DNA from: Eledone cirrhosa
Taxonomy: Eukaryota
Length of the DNA stretch: 64,000 nt
Direction: 5' to 3'
NCBI GenBank assembly: GCA_964016885.1
Contig: OZ024740.1
Location: 248,248,001 to 248,312,000 of the forward strand
The notes beneath the pieces are model-generated. The model did no database searches and was not told the DNA's origin. It saw only the letters and a list, made by a program, of their open reading frames with translations. A program made the position numbers and the translations under genes. Positions 26,221 to 40,018 of the stretch are shown one piece after another; the stretch's first letter is position 1; each line of letters begins with the position of its first letter.

Positions 26221-26221
<1 letters not shown>
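24949..26221 (+). mobile_element. Non-autonomous Helitron with Pif1-helicase C-terminal fragment
   Basis: 25352-25675: IPRIPLIPSD..FKRLQFPVRPCFAMNINKIQGQT..FSHSMFYVVVSR. 3' GC-rich motif plus CTAG|T at 26218-26222. Confidence 0.82.
25847..26029 (-). mobile_element. tRNA-derived SINE inserted in the Helitron
   Basis: TSD TAAGATTTAAT. Confidence 0.87.
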
Positions 26222-26262
<41 letters not shown>

Positions 26263-26889
26263 AAAGTTTGTCCTTCATCAGGGATCTTCCAACTATCATA
26301 GGCATTTAATCGCTTTAAAGACCATATACCTCCGGTTGGTGCGAGCAACGGCTAAAAAAAGTCGTTGGGACACGTAAATAAAGGGGACGCGAGGGTAAAC
26401 AAACAAAATGGTGAAGTAACAGAAAGTGAGGAAGAAGGAGACAAGTCCCAGATTTCTATGAATTTAAGTTCGGTGAAATCGTGAACGAGAGAATAAAGAC
26501 CATCAAACCTGGTTGAAATGTGAGCAAGGAAGGAATTTCACCCAGGTCTAACGGGAGGAAGAAGGGGTCTGGTCTGCGAATTCGGTAAACATAAGTTCTG
26601 TGAAATCGTAGACGAGAGAGAAAAAATTCCGACCAGCTTGGCCGAGAATGTGAGAGAAAAGAATTACTCACAGGTCAAACGGGAAGAAAGAGGAGGAGGA
26701 GAGGTAGTGACAGAGAATGAGTGAGTGAAGGGTGAGGAAGAGGCTAACAGAGAAAGAGACTGCTAGAAAGGGTAAAGATACATAGAACGAAAAAGACGGT
26801 GTAGCAGCAGAGGAAAAAATATGTGTAAATATGATAATAAGGGCGCTTCTACTATGACCACGCCTACGACCATGTCGACTACCACCACT

Positions 26890-26890
<1 letters not shown>

Positions 26891-26952
<62 letters not shown>

Positions 26953-26962
26953 AATAATAATA
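26891..26962. repeat. (AAC)n(AAT)n microsatellite
   Basis: Direct read. Confidence 0.95.
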
Positions 26963-27269
26963 AAAGTGATGTTGATGATTACTGAAGATTTTTTATAAAA
27001 ACCCTAGAAAATGCTATTTTCATCATTTCTAAAAATAGCAAAACAATTGATGCTTTGGATAGGGTCAAATAGAAGTCGTTAGACATGCTCAACCAACCGT
27101 GACGCCTAAACCAATCAGCTTTAGTAATCTAGTGAAACTACACACCGATTGGTCGAAATACAGTTTGCAAAATTTAGCATTCTATAGCCCCTTTTTACTG
27201 TATATAAGGCACATATTTAGCCATCTCATTACAGTTGAAAATTGCAAACTTGGCTGTCACCACTGAATA

Positions 27270-27308
27270 TGAACCTGAAGATTGCGAAAGCATGAAAGTA
27301 CTTGTTCA
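27270..27308 (+). ncRNA. Type I minimal hammerhead (H6)
   Basis: TGAAC-CTGAAGA-t-TGC gaaa GCA-t-GAAA-GTAC-TT-GTTCA. Palindrome AGTACT. Identical at 39623-39661. Confidence 0.88.
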
Positions 27309-27447
27309 ATTAACATTTAATATTCTACCATACTATTTCATTATAATATTATTATAATTTTAAAGGATTGTAAATAAAACGAGTAAATCAGACAAAGTTG
27401 GAATTCCTTTTATTAATATAATCTTCTATACACAATCATACACACCC

Positions 27448-27528
<81 letters not shown>

Positions 27529-27713
27529 GTAGGAGGTGAGTTTTATTGTAGTACAATAAAGCAATGCAGATATCGGATAAGAAGCACTCTACAGTTTGTA
27601 ATATATAAGATGAAAATATACTCTGATGAAAACACAAATATTATTGCATGATGATGTTTGTTTTTGAAATGCGCATAATAAAATACATGGAACTCCTTTA
27701 ACCATCTTTTGAT

Positions 27714-27746
<33 letters not shown>

Positions 27747-27748
<2 letters not shown>

Positions 27749-28890
27749 AACGCGGGTAAAATTCCCGAGATCCATGGACGAGTTCTCTCCAGCGGTCTCT
27801 GTCCCTCATCATCGCTGCCATGTCCTGCGTCTCCAACAGACCAGTGTCTGTCCTTAGGGCATCAACATACGTTAACCTTGGTCTTCCTCTTCTAGTGTGT
27901 CCATGTAGGGGTTCCCACAGGAGCACTGAGTGCAATGTCAACTCTGGATGTCGGTGAGCATGTCCAGCTAACCTCAGTCTCCTCTGTGTCACTTTTGAGC
28001 TGACTTTTGGGATGCTCCCATACAGCTCTGAGTTTTTCATCCTCAGTGTATACTGATTAATGTTCAGAGCCATCCTCAGCATTCTCGTGTAGCACCCATC
28101 CACCATCTGAGTGAGTTTCTTGGTCAGTGTCCAAGTCTCAGACCCATACAGCAGTACAGACTCCACTACAGCAATGAAGAGGCGGATTTTCAGGTCTTTA
28201 CGAAGGTCCGACTTCCACACCGATCTCAAGCTGTGGCACGCCGCCCAGGCTTTGCTCTTCCTCTCAACCACATCATCTTCCGTATTCCCAATCTTTGCTC
28301 CCAAATACAGGAAGCCCTCAACCAATTCTAGCGGCTTCCCGCCTACATTAGTGATCCCCTCTGGCCTCTCAACATTCTCTACCAGATATTTTGTTTTAGT
28401 CTCATTCATTCTCAGCCCCACACTCATCGACACAGTCTCAACCTCCCGTATCAAATCCTCTGCCTCCTTCACTGCATTTGTCACCAAAACTATGTCGTCG
28501 GAAAATTCAGCATCCGATACCTTTTTCGCTTTAACTTTCCTGCTCTGAGCCGGTGCTACAGTAAAGCCAGAGTCCTGGTGTTTCTCCAGTGCAAGGCGCA
28601 TACAATAGTCCACTACGATGATAAAAAGGTAGGGAGCCAATGTATCTCCCTGTAGCACTCCAGCCAGTATCTCAAAGAACTCTGTCATCCCATCAGGTGT
28701 AATGACTTGGGCTTTGGTGTTGGTGTAGAGCAGTGATATCAGGTCCACTATCTTCTTGGGGATTCCATAAGGCTGTAAGATCTTCATCAGGCAGTAACGG
28801 TCCACAGAATCAAAGGCCTTCCTAAAGTCAATGAAAACCATGGCCGCAGGAAGGCACTTTGCTCTAGCTCCCTCTAATATCCTCCTCAAC
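27747..28890 (-). mobile_element. RTE-type LINE 3' part, RT ORF still open (381 aa), 5'-truncated
   Basis: FIDFRKAFDSV; GVLQGDTLAPYLF; FSDD; LLYGSETW; RGRPRLTYVD. Stop codon abuts (TA)n. A 75-bp 3' copy lies at 55616-55690. Confidence 0.92.
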
Positions 28891-30200
28891 ACTGGAGAAA
28901 ATGGGTCTAATTTTCAGGTTGGGTCCTTCCTTGTGGGTTTTGATCAGATGGTAGAAGTCGGGCAGCCTGCTGTTTCTCGTTATGTAATTGTACCGGAATC
29001 TCTTCGGAAGCCTTCGTCTGGCGCAGATGTTGGTCCGGGCGATGAGGATCCGGTTCTCTATCAGCGTGGGTGTAATTCCAGTGACTTCCGAGTAGAGACT
29101 GTCGTCGTTGAGATGTTGGTGAGCTAGGTAGTTGTAGGCCTCTCTGGTGATATCACAAAACACTTTTCCCTTGTCCGATGGGAGGTATACAAGGTTCTTA
29201 GATCTGAGGTTGTTTAGGGTATTGAGTTGTGGTCTGGAGAGGTCGTGGTGAGTATGTGTGTGTTTTTGTAGGATGTTAGTAATGGTAAGTTTTAACCGTG
29301 AGAGTTTAATCTCGAGATCACGATTGAAGGGTGGAAGGTGTAGTAAGTTGCCGAGATGGTAGGAGGGGAATTTTGAGTTCATTGGGAGGTCTCTGAAGTG
29401 TCGCTGAAAGACAATCACTTGAGCTTGTAGGCGGCTCTGTAGAAATTGGCCTCAATGTCGAGTATAAGTCTGTCGTCAAGTTGCTGCGTCAGGATGAACC
29501 TGAGACGGAGGAGTTGCATTTCATCGTCGGAAAGAGACCCGGTTAGATCTGTGACGAGGTGTAGGTTGTCATAAGTCTGCAGGTCAAGGAGGGTGGTGTT
29601 CATAGAGTAGGTGGGGTTAGTGTTGTCGTGTTTGTGGCGTTCAACATGTTGAACCCCGACTCCATTAGTGTTAGAGGTGATCTGGTAGGGAGGAGTGTTG
29701 TCATCAGGTTTAGCGCTATTCCTAGCTTTTGTCTGTTTTTTAAAGGTCCAGTAGAATTTAAGTTTGAGACGTTCTTTCTCAAATTGGACCCGGGCATGGT
29801 AGCACTGCTCGATAGTGGCTGTAGTAGCATGGAGCAGGATATCGGGTGTTATTCTAAGTAAAAGCATCTGTTCTGAGATTGTCCGTGTGTAGGTCGAGTT
29901 GGCGGTGTAAATTTCGTCTGAATTTTTTTATGCAGGTCTGGTGTATATGTTTGAGGAATCCTGAAGAATTGAGGCCTCAAGGGAGGCGGATATTTCTGAT
30001 GGTGTTGTGGATTACATCATTCTTCAGACATTGTTTAAGAAAATTAATTTGGCAGCCAATCGCTGCTCGTTTATCCGATAATCTACAAAGTCACTTCATG
30101 TTGCAAACTGGTCCTGGCTCAGGTGTAAGGATAACAAAGAGTTGTAGTTTGCTTGAAGCATTGTGGAATAAGAAATACAAAATTAATTTATATCGAAGCT
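28891..30200 (-). mobile_element. Penelope/Poseidon-like PLE, N-terminal half
   Basis: YLPSDKG; NSRLPDFYHLIKTHK..KIRPI. Paralogous to 49060-50260. Confidence 0.85.
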
Positions 30201-30234
30201 ATTTTCTAGCTGACACTTGTGTGCCGGGTGGCCT

Positions 30235-32126
30235 GGATCTCTGGAAAGGCACCTAAACAATGGCAATTGGGAGTGATAATCCCAATTTTCAAAGGGGGAG
30301 ACATGATTACAAAGGGATCTCCTTGTTAAGCCTCCCCGGTAAAGTCTATGCTAAGTGTCTGGCAGAAAGATGTAAGGAGATTGTCGAGTCCAAGCTAGCT
30401 GACGAACAGTGTGGTTTTCACCCCAGAGGCAGCACAACCGACCAAATATTCACACTGTGGCAGGTATTCGAGAAATCTTGGGAGTATTGCCAAGAGGTGT
30501 ATTCTTCTTTTGTCGACCTTGAGAAGGCATATGACCACGTTCCTCGGGACCTGCTGTGGAAGACAGTGCAGGAGTGTGGGATTGATGGTCAGCTTCTTGC
30601 TGCCCTGATGTCTTTATACGAATGCCTGTTTAGAAGAGGTTATTTAGTAGATGTTTGTGTTGAGAATGTGTGTATTTGTGTATTGTATCACAGAAATCAC
30701 AATTGAAGATGTTAAAAGCAATGTTGTGGAAAATAGCATCTTACGACTTTATAATTGTTTATATATAATTTATTTACAGATTACAGAGGTTAGAAGAATG
30801 TCTCTTGAGAGGATAGTTAATGTTATCAATAAAAAGGTTATAAAGGTTTAAATGGCTTGCCATAATCAAGTGAATAGACAAATTAAGAGTTTAAGGAGGT
30901 ACGGCTGAGGCGTTAGCCAGACCCGTAGTGATATTTGTTGCTACATATTGTCTATGCTTGAGGAACGAAAGCAAGAGATGTTTACCTTCACGGTGTCAAG
31001 CTGCAAGAGAGAAAGAGAGAGAATGTTTCGAATCGCCGCGGGAATCCCCACCCCCTCTGGGCGGAAGTCGAGATACATTCTCCTACGCTGGTAACGATTG
31101 GCTGAACTGAGCCAAACAACGTACGGAGAATGTATCCATGAGCCCTCGGAATGTAGGTCACTACACCTGTGTATTTCTATTCGGATAAATGGTGTTAAAT
31201 TGAAACCATTCAATGTGGGTGTCAGACTCTGCCAAGGGTGTGTACTGTCACCTCTCTTGTTCATTATTTTCATAAACAGCCGGGTTGGAAGTGGTATCAC
31301 GACTGCCGGGTGTGAAATCAGTCGACATGGTGTTACTTAACTCAACAGAAAGTGATCTCCGACTTGCACTTGATAGGTTTGATGCTGATTACTGCATGTC
31401 CTTTCAAGGAAGCCTGCGCAGTATATGCTACATGTGAATGGAGTTCCACTGAAGCAGGTAAAGAAGTTCAAGTATCTCAGGGTGATGTTCACGAGTGATA
31501 GAAGGCAGGAGGGCGAATTAAGTGCAAAAATTGCAAAAGCTGGTACAGTAAAGCACCAGCTTCAACATTCAATAATCATATGAAGTGGAGTAGGCGTAAA
31601 GGCCAAACTCGCCGTCTTCGATTCGGTTTTCGTGCCAACCCTTACCAATGGTTATGAATCTTGGATAATGACCAAAAGAATATGATCGCGAATACAAGCG
31701 GCCGAAATGGGATTTCTCCGAAGGGTCTTTGGAGTAACGTTACTCGATAACGTACATAGCTCAGAGATCAGAAAGTCATTCCATGTAGAGCCGCTACTTC
31801 TCCGAATTGAAAGATCACAGCTCTGATATTATGAGCATGTGGTTAGAATGTCTCAGGAAAGAATCGCTGGACACCTTTTACAGGCAAAACCAACAGGTAG
31901 GAGACCCAGAGGTAGACCCCGAGCAAGATGGTTGCATAACATCCCTGAGCTTGGTTAGTCACGCTTAGGGATCCAGCCGGATCAGTTGGATACGGTTGCT
32001 TCTGACAGAACCCGCTGGAGGGAGTGGTTGAGGACTCTGCCCCCACGACCCTCTCAGGAAGAAGAAGAAGAAGAAGAAGAAGAAGAAGAAGAAGAAGAAG
32101 AAGAAGAAGAAGAAGAAGAAGAAGAA
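30235..32126 (+). mobile_element. RTE-clade LINE, decayed, with (GAA)n tail
   Basis: YKGISLLSLPGKVY; EQCGF; FVDLEKAYD; QGCVLSPLLF. (GAA)n at 32058-32126. Confidence 0.9.
30629..31165 (-). mobile_element. Solo LTR (family C) inserted in RTE
   Basis: TSD CCTG. Minus-strand ends TGTAGTGACC...TTCTAAA. Confidence 0.85.
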
Positions 32127-32327
32127 TTTCAGAGCAAATTCTTCCACTGGGGTGTTGTTACCTTCAAAAACTTCATCCTAGTCGTAAGATGTGAACACAA
32201 TAAATTGAGTTCAGATGCATCACTGATTTTTCGTTTTATATTATACCAAACTCTGCTCTGTAGAGTGCTCAACCGGCATACCGCATATGGAAGCATCTTA
32301 GCTACCATCACACACACACACACACAC

Positions 32328-32386
<59 letters not shown>

Positions 32387-32660
32387 CATATATATATATT
32401 GTAATTTGAACTCTTTGCTCTGTTTATTATCATTCGATTTTTTAATTGTTTGCAACTTGTCTTTGCTTTCTACTTGAAAGCCCTGGTCGAGTGCTTCTTG
32501 GGTAATTTTGAGAAAATGTACCACTGTGGTCTTTGAAGTAGTAGGTGACTGATACCTTCAGATCACTGTTACATGACACTGAGAGTGAAGATTACTACTG
32601 TAATGGCTATCTCAAATCAAGAGAAGCTGGCACCAACCTGTTCCGAAAAGGCTAATTTTT

Positions 32661-32791
32661 CTCGCCGGTGAAGCTACTTTTAGCTGAATTACGTAATGCT
32701 TATTAGCATTACCTAATTTTCTATGAACGCCAGCTCCATATGGATTCTTGCCAGCAGATGAAGTAGTGGAAACTAATTAATTAGTCCGGAG
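32661..32791 (+). ncRNA. Hammerhead with ~98-nt stem II, degenerate core
   Basis: CTCG-CCGGTGA-a-GCTACTT...AAGTAGT-g-GAAA-CTAATTAATTAG-TC-CGGAG. Confidence 0.68.
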
Positions 32792-32964
32792 GGAAGAAAT
32801 AATCTAATATTCTACCCAGACAAAATCGTTCTTCTCACTATTTAACTTATTTGGGTTGATATCTTAAAGATACTAGCTTAATTAAAACATCGAGTGAGTG
32901 GGAAAACGATCGAAGAGATTTCGATCGTACCCGATGACTTCGTTTCAGTATTATATATATATAC

Positions 32965-33155
32965 AAAGGGCGGTGGATTGGCAGTATCGGTAGAGGGTCG
33001 GACGCCATGCTTTCCAGCATAGTTACGTCCCTTTACGGTCTGAGTTCAAATCCCGCCGAGGATGTCTTTGCCTTTCATCCTTATGGGGTCGACAAAATAA
33101 AGTACCAGTAATGCACTGGGTAATTGCTGGCCTTGTGCCTAAAGTAGAAACAATT
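32965..33155 (+). mobile_element. tRNA-derived SINE, full length
   Basis: A-box-like TGGCAGTATCGG and B-box GAGTTCAAATCC. Ends in (TA)n. Confidence 0.87.
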
Positions 33156-33297
33156 ATATATATATACATAGCGGATCTGCTAAGGTGAAACAATTGTTCT
33201 CGGTATGGTGAACAAACTGTTGTGTAACCACTTCTACCTAACTCGTCCCATGGACTGAGTGCTCTACCACTACGGATATTACCTTCCAGTGTTCTAC

Positions 33298-33385
<88 letters not shown>

Positions 33386-33409
33386 GTATATATGTATATA
33401 TATATATAT

Positions 33410-33729
33410 ATTGGTAAACGGAATAGAAAATGCTGACAAATTGTTCACAGTTGAAAAATGGTTTAATTAGGAATAAAAGAGTATTAGTGATTGTATGGGT
33501 TGTGGTTTTAAGTTTTTAAGTTTTTACCGGTTGCGCATTTCTAAATGCTTTTCAAAAACAATTTTGAGATAGAGTGTCCGTGCTGTTTGCTCAGCAAACA
33601 GTAAAAACTTAAAAATTTAAAACCACAACTGAATACTAACCCATACAATCACTAATACTCTTTTATTCCTAATTAAACCATTTTTCAACTGTGAACAATT
33701 TGTCAGCATTTTCTATTCTGTTTACCAAT
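33410..33729. repeat. Inverted-repeat element between TA tracts
   Basis: 33410-33527 is inverted at 33601-33729. Confidence 0.85.
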
Positions 33730-33767
33730 ATATAATAACTTGTGTGTTACACCTCTATTCTTTTAAC

Positions 33768-33800
<33 letters not shown>

Positions 33801-33829
33801 GTATATATATATATATATATGTGTATATA

Positions 33830-33951
<122 letters not shown>

Positions 33952-34324
33952 TATATATATGTATATATATATATACATATATATATATATGTATATATGT
34001 ATATATGTATATATGTACTAAGAATAATGAGTTCTAAACTCAAGCAGTCCTTTACAATGAAATAGCTCAAAGAAAGAAGTATTTCTCAGCCGTGTAATAC
34101 AAGTTAATATAAATTAATATATATGATAAAACACAAATACCAACATATCCGTGTTTGTATTGTAAATGACTAAGTTAGCTAGATTGAAAAATACTAATTA
34201 TAATAATACAGTTTGCCTGTCTCGATTTAAAATAATAAATCAATCAAAACAAACGATATTGGCAAATGGCCGTGGTACTTGTACAAATTTAAATTTCAAA
34301 ATCAAACCTGTTCCGTAGATAAGT

Positions 34325-34396
34325 TTAAACTTCAAAATCCAAATAAGTTTCGAGATGAAAAAGTGAAAGAATACCCCGTTCAGCTCTCCTCAGTAA
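34325..34396 (-). ncRNA. Type I hammerhead candidate inside inverted-end element 34095-34460
   Basis: TTA-CTGAGGA-GAGcTGAA...TTCAtCTC-GAAA-CTT..AAG-TT-TAA. Confidence 0.6.
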
Positions 34397-34510
34397 TACA
34401 AACACTTATATGTTGGTATTTGTGTTTTATCATATATATTAATTTATATTAACTTGTATATATATATGTATATATATATATATATATACATATATATATG
34501 TATATATGTA

Positions 34511-34544
<34 letters not shown>

Positions 34545-34550
<6 letters not shown>

Positions 34551-34974
34551 TGTATATATAATGTATTTTGCAATACACTTTATGCTTAATTAAAAGCATT
34601 TTGAAGACCGTATGCTATTGTTTTAGAGTAGTGACAAACTCACTTACTTTAATCTCAGCAAACAGGAGGAGATAAAGCCGACAAGGCCTTGTTTCGCATT
34701 TTTTAATGTTTATCAAGGCTAACTACTCCCTCCTGTCTACTGAGATCACTGATGTTATATTCTTATAGAATTCTAGTAAATAATCAGGAACTGATTATAC
34801 AGAGCGGTTGCCGGTCAGGCAGAAATTAAAAATTAGAATTGGAGCTCTGAAATAGCAATATATATATGAATGTATATATAATGTATTTTGCAATACACTT
34901 TATGCTTAATTGTTTTAGAGTAGTGACAAACTCACTTACTTTAATCTCAGCAAACAGGGGAGATAAAGCTGACA
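34545..34974 (-). mobile_element. H4 retrozyme-like element, 320-bp unit plus partial unit
   Basis: GAATGTATAT at 34548 and 34868. The partial unit stops at the HHR cleavage triplet. (TA)n on both sides. Confidence 0.85.
34676..34720 (-). ncRNA. Type I hammerhead, U3-A8 variant (H4)
   Basis: AGCC-TTGATAA-a-CATT aaaa AATG-c-GAAA-CAAGGCCTTG-TC-GGCT. Perfect 12-nt palindrome. Stem I extends over 34652-34746. Confidence 0.87.
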
Positions 34975-35166
34975 TATATATATATATATAATATTAAGGA
35001 TACTATTTATAGTTATGTATATTTTAAACCATAAACAGGGAAGGTCAGTAATTTATTACTATCTTATTACCAGTAAGATAAATAGCTCAATGTAATAACA
35101 TCAGTTGTTCTACAGAGCAGTTATATAGAATTCACAAGAATCAAAGCTATGTTTAAAGCATTTATT

Positions 35167-35213
35167 CACTTACAATTGTTTCATCCAAGCCTAGGCTTGA
35201 AATCTTCGGAGCA
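35167..35213 (-). ncRNA. Type I hammerhead, C4 variant (H2)
   Basis: TGCT-CCGAAGA-t-TTCAAGCC ta GGCTTGGA-t-GAAA-CAATTG-TA-AGTG. Compensatory AAGCC/GGCTT versus AAACC/GGTTT. Confidence 0.82.
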
Positions 35214-35844
35214 TTTTTCAATGTTTGTACATATAATTGACCTCCTATCCAACGCAAGAGACATACAGATACATATATATATATTGATGTACAGTGGAGT
35301 GACATATATTATACTATACTATGTTTGTACAGCAATTCAAAATCAAAATCAAAATTAAAATTAGAATTAAAATACATTCGGCAGATAACACAGATAATGC
35401 AAGAGGATAGTTTGATAGTCAGATCTAGTAGGTAGTGTATGCGTTAGTTACACATGGAGCATGCAAGTGTGTCTCATTTATATACGATTATTGTGTGGCA
35501 AGGTGTTACATGTAATGCAACCACTTTAAGCGAGTAAGCAAGAGTATTATGGTGGTTGTAGTGGTAGGGTATTTTTTGTATAGATCAAAAAAGAATGTGT
35601 GCAGAAAAAGAGAAAGAAAAAGAGAAAGAAAGTTATAGTTTTCGCATCCACCACCATTTTCACATTCAGAAAAACGAAGAAATAGTTTTTACATCCATCA
35701 CATAAGCTACGATAATTCCGTATTGAATGTTTGATGCATTAAATTATTGTAGCGTATTGAGGCTCAGTGTTATTTAATCCATATTTATAGAATAGGTTCT
35801 TTCTGCTGCGAGAATTTACAGTTATATGTACAAACATTGAAAAT

Positions 35845-35891
35845 TGCTCCGAAGACTCCAAACCTATGTTTGGATGAAACAATTGTAAGTG
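35845..35891 (+). ncRNA. Type I hammerhead, C4 variant (H2)
   Basis: TGCT-CCGAAGA-c-TCCAAAC ctat GTTTGGA-t-GAAA-CAATTG-TA-AGTG. Confidence 0.82.
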
Positions 35892-35921
35892 AATAAATGC
35901 TTTGAACATAGCTTTGATTCT

Positions 35922-36035
<114 letters not shown>

Positions 36036-36051
36036 ATATGTGTATATATAT

Positions 36052-36193
<142 letters not shown>

Positions 36194-36210
36194 TTATATA
36201 TATAGTTGTG

Positions 36211-36269
<59 letters not shown>

Positions 36270-36273
<4 letters not shown>

Positions 36274-39200
36274 ACTGCCAGAGACTTCAAATTCACTCGT
36301 TTACCCGGGACAAAACGCTCACTCCCTACAAACAACAACAGCCGACACCAAAGCACATATTCCAAAATAACACCACCACAACCTCCAATAACTTCACCAA
36401 ATGCTAAAACACAGAATCCCCAAATCTGCCGCTATTCCCAACAAGACAGATTATGTCTGCAGCGTGATTGTCCTTTTACCCATTTCCGGGGATCCGACAC
36501 ATAAATAAAAATAAAATAAAAACCCTAACCATTACACCAATACCCACAATTACAGTCACTTACAGTTCCCTAAACAGGAAATCTCCTCCTCCTTTTTAAC
36601 CAAAATGAATCTTGCAAAAGAACTACAAATACAAAAACATTCTAGCCATCACCAAACACTACGCTCCACTACCACCCCACTGCACACACTCCAATTGCTG
36701 ACATTAACAAACAAACCTCCAAAACAACTAAAATCAACCACCACTGTAGCCTCAACATTTTTGCTTAATGCTCAAGACATCAGCCCTTCCACCAATACTA
36801 AAAAAAGGAAGATAAAATTTCTTGAGGATTAGGCTGATGACCATCCTAACCACATCCCTTTCTTCATCCTCACCGAAACCCATCTCAATCCCCTCCACTT
36901 GCAAGTCGAGGTGAAAGTTAAGAATTTCAAAGCTATCCGTGCTGATCGTGCTGGCAGAAGAAAGGGTGGGACTGCCATTTTTGTACAGGATTTTTTTCAA
37001 CAGAGGCAAATAACTTATTTTCCAATGGATACTGTGAAGCAATCACTGTGTACAGTAAAACCAACAACTTAATAGTCTTTGGGCTCCATAGGCCACCCCA
37101 AACGTCTCTACCGTGCTTCAAGGAATGCCTCAACAGCATAAAGTGTTTCATCCCAACATTGTCACCCTCGCAGCATGTGAGACTTCAACCTCCCCGGTGT
37201 TGACTGGTCCACAAACAGCTAGATACCAGGTCTTTTCACCTCAACCCCTGACATTCTTGTCAGTAGAATCGCTTCTTGACTTCATTGATGAGTTTTTCCT
37301 GTCCCAACTTGTGCTCGAACCAACAAGGTGCCACAAAAACATCTTGGACCTAATGTTCAGTGACCACACTGACACTATCCACAATATTGTAGTGGAAAAA
37401 ACTCTACTCTCAGACCATGACATGGTTCTCTGTGATCTGAGATTCCACCGTCCAAAAAGCAAACCCAATGATATCTCTCCAGCCTATCCATTTGACACTG
37501 TGGATCTTCATAATGCAAACTGGGAAGCGATCAATCATGATCTTGCATATGTCGATTGTTGTTTCACACACACTCACACACCCACTAACATAAAAAAGTC
37601 CTGGTAGTCATTTGTAGACATTGTAACAAATATATGTGCAAACATCTGTAAACAAATCTAAGTGTAGAATCTCTAGAAATAGAAAAAACACTTAGAAAAA
37701 TTAACAAAAGAATTCAACTGAAACACTGCCAGCAGCAACACACTCATTTGACTTACATCACTAGAATCGAAAAAACACAACCTCCAAAACAGCATAATGT
37801 CCATCATCAACAACGAAAGAGCAGCTGAAGAGAAATGGGCCATTGAGAAAATCAAACTCAATCCCAAAGTGTTCTTTTCATTTGCGAAAAAACACAAAGT
37901 CCCTGGCTCCACTGTTGGCCCTCTAATTGATGAAAATGGCACTCTCCAAGATAGTGATAAAGACATCAGTGAGATACTGCAGAAACAATACTGCACTGTT
38001 TTCAGCAATCCTGATATGGCCGATTTGGGCTGTATCAGTGATGTTAATCCCCAACACACTATATCAGACATAAAGAAACTAAACACAATTCAGCAGTAGG
38101 CCCCGATAGGTTCCCTGCTCGTGTCCTGAAGATGTGTCGACACCAACTTGCATATTCTCTTGCTAATATGTGGAGGAACTCACTGGATGCTGGTTATATT
38201 ACCAGAAAACTTAATATCCCAGTCGGTTGTCCCAGTTTTCAAAAAGGTAAACAAGTCCCTTTACCGCCCGATCTCACCTTTCTCTCATACCATTAAGGTA
38301 TTTGAAAGGGTGGTGAGATCACGAATAACTCACTTTCTTGAAAGCAACAATCTGCTGAATTCCAACCAACATGGGTTCCGTAATGGAACGGATTGCCTAA
38401 CGCAGCTACTACATCACTTTGATGACATTTTGAGAGCTTTGGGGGAGGGCTTCAACATTGATGTCATCTACCTTGATTTCAGCAAGGCCTTTGACAGGGT
38501 TGATCACAACATTCTACTGAGAAAACTATCCAACATTGGTGTCTCTGGAAAGTTGCTGCAGTGGATTAAGTGTTTCCTGTCAAACAGAGCCCAACATGTT
38601 GTCGAAGGAGTACAATCCAGCCCAGCCAAAGTCAGTAGTGGTGTCCCACAAGGCACTGTGTTGGGTCCACTTCTTTTCATTATCTATATTAATGACATTT
38701 CTGATATCATCAAGCACAGCAGCATAAACATCTTCGCAGATGATTCCAAGCTCCAGAAGGTCACCAATGGCATGGGTGACTGGATATGCCTCTAGTCAGA
38801 TCTACTGGCTGTTAACCAATGGGCGGAAAAGAACAATATGCTACTGAACGAGGATAAATTTGAGTTAATCCACTTTCGAAAAGAAGAGGCCCGGAAACTC
38901 CCATACTACCTTCCTTCAGGTGAAACTCTTGTGGCATCCAAGAACATCAGAGACTTGGGAGTAATTGTAGACAACAACATAAGCTGGGCCATCATATAAA
39001 CAGCAAAGTTGACATGGCCCGCAAAATGTGTTCCCGGATTCTCAGAACCTTCCAGTCAAGAGATTTCCACACTGCTATCCTTCTCTTCTCCACTTTCGCA
39101 CGACCACACCTTGAATACTGTTGTCGACTGTGGTCTCCCCACATGAAACAAAGTATCATGAAAATTGAAGCTCCTCAAAGGTCAACCACTAAAAAGATAG

Positions 39201-39562
39201 ATGGCATGTCAGGCCTTGACTATTGGGGTCGACTAGAAAAACTCAAAATTTATTCTCTCCAATGCTGCCGTGATCGCTACATTATCTGCATGACGTGGAA
39301 AATATTCCATCAGCTTTGCCTAAATGATGTTGGCATCATATTTAAGGTACACCCAAGGCTTGGGCCCCGTGCTATCTTCCCACAACAAAAATCACACACG
39401 CATCTCATAGCAACAATATGGCACAATTATTTCACCTCAATTAGCCCGCTTTCTTTAACATTACACCAAAACACATTACAACAGATACGATCCCAAAAAG
39501 TTCAAGAAGTCTTTGGGCAAATTCCTTCAAGAAATTCCGGATAAACCTCCTACACCTGGATA
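36270..39562 (+). mobile_element. CR1-group LINE, decayed APE endonuclease plus RT
   Basis: QLVLEPTR..NILDL..LSDH; QHGFR; YLDFSKAFD; SGVPQGTVLGPLLF; FADDSK; RPHLEYC..WSPH. Confidence 0.9.
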
Positions 39563-39622
39563 TAAGTTTTCAATTTTCAACTGTCAGTTGAAAATTGCAA
39601 ACTTGACTGACACCACTGAATA

Positions 39623-39661
39623 TGAACCTGAAGATTGCGAAAGCATGAAAGTACTTGTTCA
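39623..39661 (+). ncRNA. Type I minimal hammerhead (H6)
   Basis: Same as 27270-27308. Host element 39564-39780 starts with a ~20-bp foldback and ends in (TA)n. Confidence 0.88.
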
Positions 39662-39928
39662 ATTAACACTTAACATTTAATATTCTACCATACTATTTCA
39701 TTATAATATCATTATAATTTTAAAGGATTGTAAATAAAACGAGTAAATCAGACATAGTTGGAATTCCTTTTATTAATATATATATATATATATATAGTTT
39801 TGTATAATGGTAGCTATGGTGCTTCCATAGGCGGTATGCCTAAATTAGCACTCAATATTCAGCAGAGTAGAGTATAGATATTATAAAGAAAACGAAAAAT
39901 CAGTGATGCATCTGGACTTATTTTATTG

Positions 39929-40018
39929 CGTGTTACAAATGTTTCGCCGGCAGGTAGCTCGAGACATGGTCCTTGTATGGATCTGGCGATTCTACTTCTG
40001 CGAGTCCTTTCAGACACG
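39929..40018 (-). ncRNA. Degenerate H1 hammerhead
   Basis: CGTGT-CTGAAAGGA...GAAA-CATTTG-TA-ACACG. Stem I shows compensatory change versus CGTAT/ATATG. Confidence 0.55.

Noticed and set aside
33528-33560. Minus-strand TTGAAAA..GAAA-TGCGCA hammerhead-like motif
   Set aside because: Lacks U16.1 and convincing stems I and II.
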